Positions 54,547-64,000 of a stretch of 64,000 nucleotides of DNA are shown here, piece by piece. Source of the stretch: Mobula hypostoma (Eukaryota); assembly GCF_963921235.1 (NCBI RefSeq), contig NC_086108.1, positions 108,068,001-108,132,000 on the forward strand, read 5' to 3'. Under the pieces are notes generated by a model. It did no database searches. It saw only the letters and a list, made by a program, of their open reading frames with translations, and was not told where the DNA came from. The translations under genes were made by a program, and so were the position numbers. How positions within the stretch are numbered: position 1 is the stretch's first letter; the number at the start of each line of letters is the position of its first letter.

Positions 54547-55770
54547 CCAGCATATGAAAGAGAGATGAATGTAAAGGGGTTTCAAGTTGCGAATGTAAAT
54601 GAGTTCAGATTTTCCTCATCTCGACACTACTGCAGTGAAAAAGGGAGTGAGATATAGGATAGCATTCTCTGTGACTAATCACCCACATGTCAGCACTAAG
54701 CACCCCAAGAAGTAAGCTCTCAGTCGGGATGAAAGGTCTCGGCCCAAACCATCAACAGTTCCTTCCCCCGCTACAGATGCTGCTCAACCCACTGAGTTGC
54801 TCCAGCAGACTATGATTTGTTGCTCCAGATTTTGGCATCCACAATCGCATGTATCACTAAAAGTAGACGAATAGTTTCCGATCACAAGTGGTTGGAATAA
54901 AGAATGTGCCATTTAACTGGCAATGCTCTTGGGCAACAAAAGTGGGGCACGCTTTTACTGTTCAAAGGAAAGGGTGAGACTGACGTAGCATTCCTTAAGC
55001 GATGTGCCCGACCCCCTAGTTTTTTAAAATTCAAAGTAAATTTATTATCAAAGTACATATATGTCACCAGATACAACCCTGAGATTCATTTTCTTGTGGG
55101 CATTTACAATATTTACAGACGTAAGATGAATAGTCCCTGAAAGTGAGTCCATAGATTGTGGGAACAGTTCAGTGTTGGGGCAAGTGGCATGGTGCGAAGA
55201 CAATAACCTATCCCTCAACGTCAGCAAGACGAAGGAGTAGCGGACCGCACGGCCCAATTTACATCGGTGGTGCGCAAGTGGAACAGGTCAAAAGCTTTAA
55301 GTTCTTCGGGGTCAATATCACAAATGACCTGTGACTTGGTCCAGCCAAGCAGAGTTCACTGCCGAAAAGGCCTAGTACCAATTGTTTGGCGACAATAAAG
55401 TATAAAGTATAAGTGAAGTGACTCTGGTTCAAGAGCTGGTGTGCTGATAACAAATAAAGCTAAGGAGGAATTCATTTAGCCAGAGAGTGGTGAATCTGTG
55501 GAATTCATTACCATTAAAAGCTGCAGAGACCAAGTCATTGTGTGTATTTAAAGCGGAGGTTGATGGGTTATTGACTAATCAAGGTTATGGTGCGAATGAG
55601 ATTGAGAGGGAAAATAAGTCAGCTATGATCAAATGGCAGAGCAGACCTGACGGACCGAATGGCCTAATTATGCCCCTATGTTTTATTGGTCTCAGTCTAT
55701 CATTAAAGACCCTCTCCATCCAGGACATGGCGCCTTTTCATTTACTGCCATCAGGGAGAAGGCACAGAAA

Positions 55771-55916
55771 TGGCTGACAAGTGGCTTGCGGTCTGTTTAA
55801 GCAGGAATTTAGTGCCTATGAAGTAACAGCTGAAGCATTCACAATCCCACACGAGAGCCAGCATCTCCTTTTTGATTTGGGTGTAATTCTGTTCAGTAGG
55901 AGTCAGAGCACTTGAC
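55771..55916 (-). pseudogene. Gypsy pol RNase H, distal half
   Basis: Minus strand SSALTPTEQNYTQIKKEMLALVWDCECFSCYFIGTKFLL, then TDRKPLVS after a frameshift. Confidence 0.85.
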
Positions 55917-55924
55917 TTTTTCTT

Positions 55925-56690
55925 CGACTCATTCGTGAGGCAGAGGCAGAAATAGACAGGAGTTTCAGGGAGACAGTCACCCCTAAAAGTCAGGAGGCAG
56001 GTAGCTGGGTGACTGTCAGGAGAGGGAAGGGGAATAGACAGAATGAGCAGAGCACCCCTGTGACCGTTCCCATCAACAATAAGTATATCGTTTTGGTTAC
56101 TGTTGGTGGGGACGACCTACCAGGGACAAGTTGCAGTTGTCGCGTCTCTGGCACCGAGACTGGACCCTCAGCTCAGAAAGGAAGGAGGGAAAAGAGGAGA
56201 GTAGTAGTGATAGGGGATTCGATAGTTAGGGGGACAGATAGGAGGTTCTGTGGGAGAGATCAAGAATCCCAGATGGTCTGTTGCCTTCCTGCTGCCAGGG
56301 TCCGCGATATCTCAGATCGAGTTCTCGGTATTGCCAGGAAGCAGGGTGAGCAGCCAGATGTTGTGGTCCATGTAGGGACCAATGACGTGTATAGGAAGAA
56401 GGAGGAGGTCCTGCAAAGAGAGTTTAGGGAGTTTAGGTGCAAAATTGAAGGACAGGACCTCCAGGGTTGCAGTCTCAGGATTGCTACCCGTGCCACATGC
56501 CGGTGAGGCTAGAAATAGGAAGATATAAATACATGGCTAAGGAGATGGTGCAGGATGGAGGGCTTCATGGTTCTGGACAATTGGGCTTTGTTCCGGGTAA
56601 GGAGGCACCTGTTCCGACAGGACGGGTTGCACCTGTACTGGCGGCAGGGGACTAACATCCTTGGGGAAGGTTTGCTAGTGCTGCTAGGGG
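55925..56690 (+). pseudogene. CR1 ORF1 SGNH/esterase-like domain, frameshifted
   Basis: VVVIGDSIVRG, VVVHVGTNDV and a downstream DGLHL. Confidence 0.85.
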
Positions 56691-56723
56691 GAGGGGAACC
56701 AGAGTGTTAGAGCAGATAGTGAG

Positions 56724-59624
56724 GTGGAGGAGGATAAAGGTCATGCAGGAACTGCAAGTATAGTGCATGGAGTAAAGCCAGGTCTAACATATAAAGAGGC
56801 TTTGAGCAAAGAGAAGCAGAATAAAGGGTGTAAAGGTAGGAAGGTAGAAGGGCTAACGTGCGTGTACTTCAATGCAAGAAGCATCAGGAACAAAGGTGAT
56901 GAACTGAGAGCTTGGATACATTCATGGAATTATGATGTAGTGGCCGTTACAGAGACTTGGCTGGCACCAGGGCAGGAATGGATTCTCAATAGTCCTGGAT
57001 TTCAGTGCTTTAAAAGGGATGGGGGGGAGGGGAGGAGGGGAGGAGGGGAGGCATTACTGGTCAGGGATACTATTACAGCTACAGAAAGGGTGTGTAATGT
57101 AGCAGGATCTTCTTTTGAGTCAGTAAGGGTAGAAGTCAGGAACAGGAAGGAAGCAGTTACTCTACTGGGAGTATTCTATAAGCCCCCTGGTAGCAGCAGA
57201 CATACCGAGGAGCAGATTGGGAGGCAGATTTTGGAAAGGTGCAAAAATAACAGGGTTGTTATCATGGCTGACTTTAACTTCCTTAATATTGATTGGCATC
57301 TGATTTGTTCCAAGGGTTTAGATGGGGCAGAGTTTGTTAAGTGTGTCCAGGACGGATTCCTGTCACAGTATGTTGGCAGGCCGTCTAGGGGGAATGCCAT
57401 AATAGATCTTGTATTAGGTAACGAATCAGGTCAGGTCACAAATCTCTCAGAGGGTGAGCATCTGGGGGACAGTGACCACCACTCCCTGGCCTTTAACGTT
57501 ATCATGGAAAAGGATAGAATCAGAGAGGACATGAAAATTTTTAATTGGAGAAGGGCAAATTATGAGGCTATAAGGCTAGAACTTGCGGGTGTGAATTGGG
57601 ATGATATTTTTGCAGGGAAATGTACTATGGACATGTGGTTGATGTTTAGGGATCTCTTGCTGGATGTTAGGGATAAATTTGTCCCGATGAGGAAAATAAA
57701 GAATGGTAGGGTGAAGAAACCATGGGTGACAAGTGAGGTGGAAAATCTAGTCAGGTGGAAGAAGGCAGCATACATGAGGTTTTGGAAGCAAGGATCAGAT
57801 GGGTCTATTGAGGAATATAGAGTAGCAAGAAAGGAGCTTAAGAAGGGGCTGAGGAGAGCAAGAAGGAGGCATGAGAATGTCTTGGCGAGTAGGGTAAAGG
57901 AAAACCTCAAGGCATTCTTCGATTATGTGCAGAACAAAATGATGACAGGAGTGAAGGTAGGACCGATTAGAGATAAAGGTGGGAAGATGTGCCTGGAGGC
58001 TGTGGAAGGGAGCGAGGTCCTCAATGAATACTTCTCTTCGGTATTCACCAATGAGAGGTAACTTGATGAAGGTGAGGACAATATCAGGGAGGTTGATGTT
58101 CTGGAGCATGTTGATATTAAGGGAGAGGAGATGTTGGAGTTGTTAAAATACATTAGGACGGATATGTCCCCGGGGCCTGACGGAATATTCCCCAGGCTGC
58201 TCCACGAGGTGAGGGAAGAGATTGCTGAGCCTCTGGCTAGGATCTTCATGTGCTCGTTGTCCATGGGAATGGTACCGGAAGATTGGAGGGAGGCGAATGT
58301 TGTCCCCTTGTTTAAAAAAGGTAGTAGGGATAGTCCAGGTAAATATAGACCAGTGAGCCTTACGTGTGTGGTGGGAAAGCTGTTGGAAAAGATTCTTAGA
58401 GATAGGATCTCTGGGCATTTAGAGAATCATGGTCTGATCAGGGACAGTCAGCATGGCTTTGTGAAGGGCATATCATGTCTAATAAGCCTGACAGAGTTCT
58501 TTGTGGAGGTGACCAGGCATATAGATGAGGGTAGTGCAGTAGATGTGATCTACATGGATTTTAGTAAGGCATTTGACACAGTAGTCTTATTCAGAAAGTC
58601 AGAAGGCATGGGATCCAGGGGAGTTTGGCCAGGTGGATTCAGAATTGGCTTGCCTGCAGAAAGCAGAGGGTCGTGGTGGAGGGAGTACATTCGATTGGAG
58701 GGTTGTGACTAGTGGTGTCCCACAAGGATCGGTTCTGGGACCTCTACGTTTTGTGATTTTTATTAATGACCTGGATGTGGGTTAGAAGGGTGGGTTGGCA
58801 ATTTTGCCGATGACACAAAGGTTGGAGGTGTTGTGGATAGTGTAGAGGATTGTCGAAGATTGCAGAGAGACATTGATAGGATGCAGAGGTGGGCTGAGAA
58901 GTGGTAGATGGAGTTCAACCCAGAGAAGTGTGAGGTGGTACACTTTGGAAGGACAAACTCCAAGGCAGAGTACAAAGTAAATGGCAGGACATTTGGTAGT
59001 GTGGAGGAGCAGAGGAATCTGGGGGTACATGTCCACAGATCCCTGAAAGTTGCCTCACAGGTAGATAGGGTAGTTAAGAAAGCTTATGGGGTGTTAGCTT
59101 TCATAAGTCGAGGGATAGAGTTTAAGAGTCGTGAGGTAATGATGCAGCTCTATAAAACTCTGGTTAGGCCACACTTGGAGTACTGTGTCCAGTTCTGGTC
59201 ACCTCACTATAGGAAGGATGTGGAAGCATTGGAAAGGGTACAGAGGAGATTTACCAGGATGCTGCCTGGTTTGGAGAGTGTGAATTATGATCAGAGATTA
59301 AGGGAGCTAGATCTTTACTCTTTGGAGAGAAGGAGGATGAGAGGAGACGTGATAGAGGTATACAAGATATTAAGAGGAATAGATAGAGTGGATAGCCAGC
59401 GCCTCTTCCCCAGGGCACCACTGCTCAGTACAAGAGAACATGGCTTTAAGGTAAGGGGTGGGAAGATCAAGGGGGATAGTAGAGGAAGGTTTTTTATTCA
59501 GAGAGTGGTTGGTGCATGGAATACACTGCCTGAGTCAGTGGTGGAGGCAGATACACTAGTGAAATTTAAGAGACAACTAGACAGGTATATTGAGGAATTT
59601 AAGGTGGGGGAATATGGGAAGTAG
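56724..59624 (+). pseudogene. CR1 ORF2 endonuclease-reverse transcriptase with stops and frameshifts
   Basis: [68 protein letters not shown] and FWSPHYRKD, split over several ORFs. Confidence 0.95.
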
Positions 59625-59692
59625 GGTTTAAGGGTTGGCACAACATTGTGGGCCGAAGGGCCTGTACTGTGCTGTACTGTTCTATGTTCTAT

Positions 59693-61160
59693 GTATATGT
59701 CACCAGTTTCCCTACACCACTGCCGTTTTGCATGAGCACTCCCCCTAGGCCAAAGGAAGAGGCGTCTGCTGATATCTCAGTTGTTTTGTTCGGATCCAAT
59801 GTTGGTGGAGAGATAAGCTCTGCTTTAAGTGATGAAAATGACTTCTTTTGTGTGTGTCCCAGGTCCAAATGTTTCTCTGAGAGAGGAAGTTTCATCGTGG
59901 CTTTGTTTTCTCTGCCAACCCTGGAATGAACTTTCTCAGCTGGTTTACCATGCCATGGAAGCTGTGGATCTCTGATACATTCATAAACAAGAGAAAGTCT
60001 GCAGATGCTGGAAATCCGATCAACACACATAAAATCCTAGAGGAACTCAGCAGGCCAAGCAGCATCTGTGGGAAAGAGTGCAGTTGACTTTTCGGGCCAA
60101 GACCCTTCAGCAGAATTTGTCCTGTCGGAGGGTCTCGGCCCGAAACATCGACTGTACTCTTTTCTATAGATGCTGCCTGGCTTGCTGAGTTCCTCCAGCA
60201 TTTTGTGTGTGTTATCTCTGATACATTTGTAAGCTGTTCCATGATGTGAACTCCAGACAGTTTGTCTGAATCTTGTTGCACTCCCTCTGAGGCCAGTTTT
60301 AATAGCCTAAGAACTTCACTTCCAACATTTTGCAAATTCACATTTTTTTTTGTTCAGGGTGATTTCCAGCCTGTTTCAGTTTCTCTAAGGCAGCTGCCAC
60401 TCTTTTGTCATGTTCCTCACTTGAGCCTCGGAAGATGAGTATGTCGTCCATGTGGCAGAGTGCTCCTTCCAGTCCCTGCAAAACTTAGTTCATCCTCATC
60501 CGAAAGAGTTCACGGGCTGATGAGATGCCAGAAAGAAGTCTCTTGAAGGCATAGCGTCCATATGGTGTGATAAAGGTTGTGAGATTCTGTGACTCAGGAG
60601 CTAAATGGATCTGCCAGAATTCCCATCTAGTTTGGTGAAGAACTTTGTTCCACCCAGCATACCTAATGTGTGCTCTACAGAGGGCAGAATAAACTATCTC
60701 CCAGTTCACTCACTGCATTATTCAATTTTGTTAGATCAACACAGATCGTCACTGTGCCATCTGGTTATGAGCAGGAACGATGCCCCCACACCAGTCAGTA
60801 GGCCCATTCCCTCTAGTTATGATGTCATGGGTCTCCATTTTCTCAAGTTCATCAGTGGGGCTGCTGTATGCCTCGCTGTGGTCAGAGAATAGGGTGTCAC
60901 TCCCGGGCTCACTTGGATAAAGTCGTCTTCTCTCAGTACCCCCAGGCCTGTGAATGACTCCGGGTACTTCTCCTGCCACTGAACGTTGTTTAGCAAATCA
61001 AACCTTGCAATGAGGTTCAGCTTCCCGATGGCATGTCATCCCAGGAGTGGTGAGAAGTGATTCTGAGCAACCTAGACATCTCATTTTTACAGATGGACGT
61101 CGTAGCCGTCCCTTTCACACTGAGCCTGTGTTTCCCTGGCCCCATGAGCACTACTTTACT
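59693..61160 (-). pseudogene. Decayed Gypsy/Ty3 LTR retrotransposon pol (RT and start of RNase H)
   Basis: PTDWCGGIVP, FWQIHLAPESQNLTTFITPYGRYAFKRL, CHMDDILIF and SADASSFGLGGVLMQ, with frameshifts. Confidence 0.9.
59982..60213. mobile_element. Short Penelope-derived fold-back insertion in Gypsy pol
   Basis: Inverted arms centred near 60115. 14-bp TSD ATCTCTGATACATT at 59968-59981 and 60214-60227. Confidence 0.85.
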
Positions 61161-61554
61161 TTTATATTTCTTATTGGAACCGATGTTTTTTTGCATATTG
61201 CACTGAACTGCTGTTACAAAACAACGCATTTCATGACGTGTAAACCTGATTCAGATTCTGATCCATATATCAAATAGGTACTTACAGGTATGCCATTCCC
61301 GCAAAGCCTTACCACGAGCATCAGGACAGTTGTGATTGATGTGGTTCAGACAGGTAACAGCCTGGCATGGTTGTGCTTATCATTCAAAAGGCCACAGAAA
61401 CATCTATCACAGTCCTTGTCTATGTTCAGAATCGAAATCAGGTTTAATATCACCGGAAACAACAGGAATTCTGCAGATGCTGGAAATTCAAACAACATAC
61501 ATCAAAGTTGCTGGTGAACGCAGCAGGCCAAGCAGCATCTATAGGAAGAGGCGC

Positions 61555-61590
61555 AGTCGACGTTTCAGGCCGAGACCCTTCATCAGGACT
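61555..61590 (-). ncRNA. Minimal hammerhead ribozyme motif
   Basis: Minus strand AGTC CTGATGA A GGGT CTCG GCCT GAAA C GTC GACT. Confidence 0.75.
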
Positions 61591-62106
61591 AACTGAAGGA
61601 AGAGTGAGTAAGGGATTTGAGAGGGGGAGGGGGAGGGGGAGATCCAAAATGATAGGAGAAGACAGGAGGGGGAGGGATGGAGCCAAGAGCTGGACAGGTG
61701 ATAGGCAAAAGGGATACGAGAGGAGCATGGGACAGGAGGTCCGGGAAGAAAGACAAGGGGGGGGGGACCCAGAGGATGGGCAAGAGGTATATTCAGAGGA
61801 ACAGAGGGAGAAAAAGGAGAGTGAGAGAAAGAATGTGTGCATAAAAATGAGTAACAGATGGGGTACGAGGGGGAGGTGGGGCCTTAGCAGAAGTTAGAGA
61901 AGTCAGTGTTCATGCCATCAGGTTGGAGGCTACCCAGACGGAATATAAGGTGTTGTTCCTCCAACCTGAGTGTGGCTTCATCTTTACAGTAGAGGAGGCC
62001 GTGGATAGACATGTCAGAATGGGAATGGGATGTGGAATTAAAATGTGTGGCCACTGGGAGATCCTACTTTCTCTGGCGGACAGAGCGTAGATGTTCAGCA
62101 AAGCGG

Positions 62107-62970
62107 ACTCTCACAGCTATCTGGACTATTCCTCTTCTCACCCTGTCTCTTGCAAAAACGCCATCCCCTTCTCGCAATTCCTCTGTCTCCGCCGCATCTG
62201 CTCTCAGGATGAGGCTTTTCATTCTAGGACGAGGGAGATGTCTTCATTTTTTAAAGAAAGGGGCTTCCCTTCCTCCACTATCAACTCTGCTCTTAAACGC
62301 ATCTCCCCCATTTCACGTACATCTGCTCTCACTCCATCCTCCCACCACCCCACTAGGAATAGGGTTTCCCTGGTCCTCACCTACCACCCCACCAGCCTCC
62401 GGGTCCAACATATTATTCTCCGTAACTTCCGCCACCTCCAACGGGATCCCACCACTAAGCACATCTTTCCCTCCCTCCCTCTCTCTGCATTCCGCAGGGA
62501 TCGCTCCCTACACAACTCCCTTGTCCATTCGTCTCCCCACTGATCTCCCTCCTGGCACTTATCCGTGTAAGCGGAACAAGTGCTACACATGCCCTTACAC
62601 TTCCTCCCTTACCACCATTCAGGGCCCCAAACAGTCCTTCCAGGTGAGGCATCACTTCACCTGTGAGTCGACTGGGGTGATATACTGCGTCCGGTGCTCC
62701 CCATGTGGCCTTTTATATATTGGTGAGACCCGACGCAGACTGGGAGACCGCTTTGCTGAACATCTATGCTTTGTCCGCCAGAGAAAGCAGGATCTCCCAG
62801 TGGCCACACATTTTAATTCCACATCCCATTCCCATTCTGACATGTCTATCCACGGCCTCCTCTACTGTAAAGATGAAGCCACACTCAGGTTGGACGAACA
62901 ACACCTTATATTCCGTCTGGGTAGCCTCCAACCTGATGGCATGAACATCGACTTCTCTGACTTCCGCTAA
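62107..62970 (+). pseudogene. Penelope ORF C-terminal part: RT C-terminus/linker and GIY-YIG endonuclease, one frameshift
   Basis: DSHSYLDYSSSHPVSCKNAIPFSQFL, then PCKRNKCYTC...FTCESTGVIYCVRCSPCGLLYIGETRRRLGDRFAEH...VATHFN...LGSLQPDGMN. Confidence 0.92.
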
Positions 62971-63264
62971 GGCCCCACCTCCCCCTCGTACCCCATCTGT
63001 TACTCATTTTTATACACACATTCTTTCTCTCTCTCTCCTTTTTCTCCCTCTGTCCCTCTGAATATACCTCTTGCCCATCCTCTGGGTCCCCCCCCCCCTT
63101 GTCTTTCTTCCCGGACCTCCTGTCCCATGATCCTCTCGTATCCCTTTTGCCTATCACCTGTCCAGCTCTTGGCTCCATCCCTCCCCCTCCTGTCTTCTCC
63201 TATCATTTTGGATCTCCCTCTCCCCCTCCAGCTTTCAAATCCCCTACTCACTCTTCCTTCAGTT

Positions 63265-63300
63265 AGTCCTGACGAAGGGTCTCGGCCTGAAACGTCGACT
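63265..63300 (+). ncRNA. Minimal hammerhead ribozyme motif
   Basis: AGTC CTGACGA A GGGT CTCG GCCT GAAA C GTC GACT. Confidence 0.75.
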
Positions 63301-64000
63301 GCGCCTCTTCCTATAGATGCTGCTTGGCCTGCTGCGTTCACCAGCAACTTTGATGTATGTTGCTTTAATATCACCGGTATGTGTTGTGAAATTTTTTGTC
63401 TTTGTGGCTCAGATGCAACGCAATACATAATAATAGAGAATTACATATATGTATTATATGGTTCAATTAAAAAGGTAGTGCAAAATAGAAATAAAAAAGG
63501 GAGTGAGGTAGTGTTCGTAGGTTCAATGTCCATTCAGAAATCAGATGAGCGAAGGGACGAAACTGTTCCTGAATCGTTGAGTGTGTGTCTTCAGGCTTCT
63601 CGAGTGTGGTTGGGAATTGGAGATATATATGTGGTGGAGACGACTGCAGATTGTTAAAGATCATGGCGATTCTAACGTCAAGAGGCGTCTGCGTGAGTTT
63701 TGGGAGTATTGAGGGGTGAACATCGTTCAAGCCCGGTTCCACAGTGGCACAGCGATTGGCTTGGGGCATCTGAGTTTGCAGTTCAAATCCGGAGTTCTGT
63801 GTAAGAAATTTAATACGTCCTTCCCGTGTGCATATGGGTTTCCTCTCACGTCCCATAGATGTATCGGTTAGTAAGTTAATCGGTCATTGTAAATTGTCCC
63901 GTGATTAGGCTAGGATTAAATAGGTGGGCTACTGGGCAGCACACTGTATCTCTGAATAAATAAAGTAAATAAATCACCAAGAAGGAAAAGCATGTGTTTT

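Larger units (their letters stand above)
55917..59692 (+). mobile_element. CR1 LINE, 5'-truncated within ORF1, ORFs disrupted
   Basis: ORF1 SGNH-esterase motifs, then APE endonuclease and RT, ending in a TGTTCTA tail. Confidence 0.97.
61457..63363 (+). mobile_element. Penelope-like retroelement, truncated, with inverted terminal arm
   Basis: Inverted arm 61457-~62106 and forward part ~62107-63363. 14-bp TSD TTTAATATCACCGG at 61443-61456 and 63364-63377, inside a LINE tail. Confidence 0.93.

Noticed and set aside
56724..59624. Active autonomous CR1
   Set aside because: It has in-frame stops (e.g. 58059-58061), frameshifts and a 5' truncation.
61265..61420. Possible Gypsy gag zinc-knuckle remnant on the minus strand
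   Set aside because: Only a weak CPDARGK resemblance; no CCHC motif could be reconstructed.
62011..62970. 319-aa ORF as a domesticated GIY-YIG gene
   Set aside because: It is chimeric: it starts in the inverted arm and enters the true Penelope frame only after a frameshift near 62540.
1..64000. Prokaryotic-style operon or defence system (RT plus nuclease plus ncRNA)
   Set aside because: All RT and nuclease remnants belong to recognisable eukaryotic retroelement clades, and gene density is near zero.

Overview
Eukaryotic, repeat-dominated intronic or intergenic DNA. The repeat mix (CR1 LINEs, tRNA-headed V-SINE/HE1-like SINEs, Rex1/Babar, RTE, Penelope-like) suggests a cartilaginous fish, possibly a ray; this is inference. 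I recognise no host protein-coding gene. Nearly every ORF in the track is a transposon remnant, an antisense frame or a microsatellite translation. Main components: (1) two young Penelope-like (GIY-YIG) fold-back insertions flanked by target-site duplications (TSDs) at 19084-20707 and 61457-63363, plus three 200-290 bp TSD-flanked fold-back derivatives; (2) about 20 copies of a minimal hammerhead-ribozyme motif carried by these repeats; (3) a 5'-truncated CR1 (55917-59692) inserted in the RNase H region of a decayed Gypsy pol; (4) an R4/Dong-type endonuclease fragment in a (TAA)n tract with nested insertions; (5) a mariner-like fold-back MITE, a Tc1 remnant, hAT MITEs and a probable solo LTR; (6) many SINE/LINE fragments, a 70-73 bp minisatellite and a long compound CA microsatellite. 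The best candidate for a system is the ribozyme-bearing fold-back Penelope family. Its parts are known in general; the miniature forms and arm haplotype patterns deserve follow-up. Fragment boundaries are approximate and read by eye.
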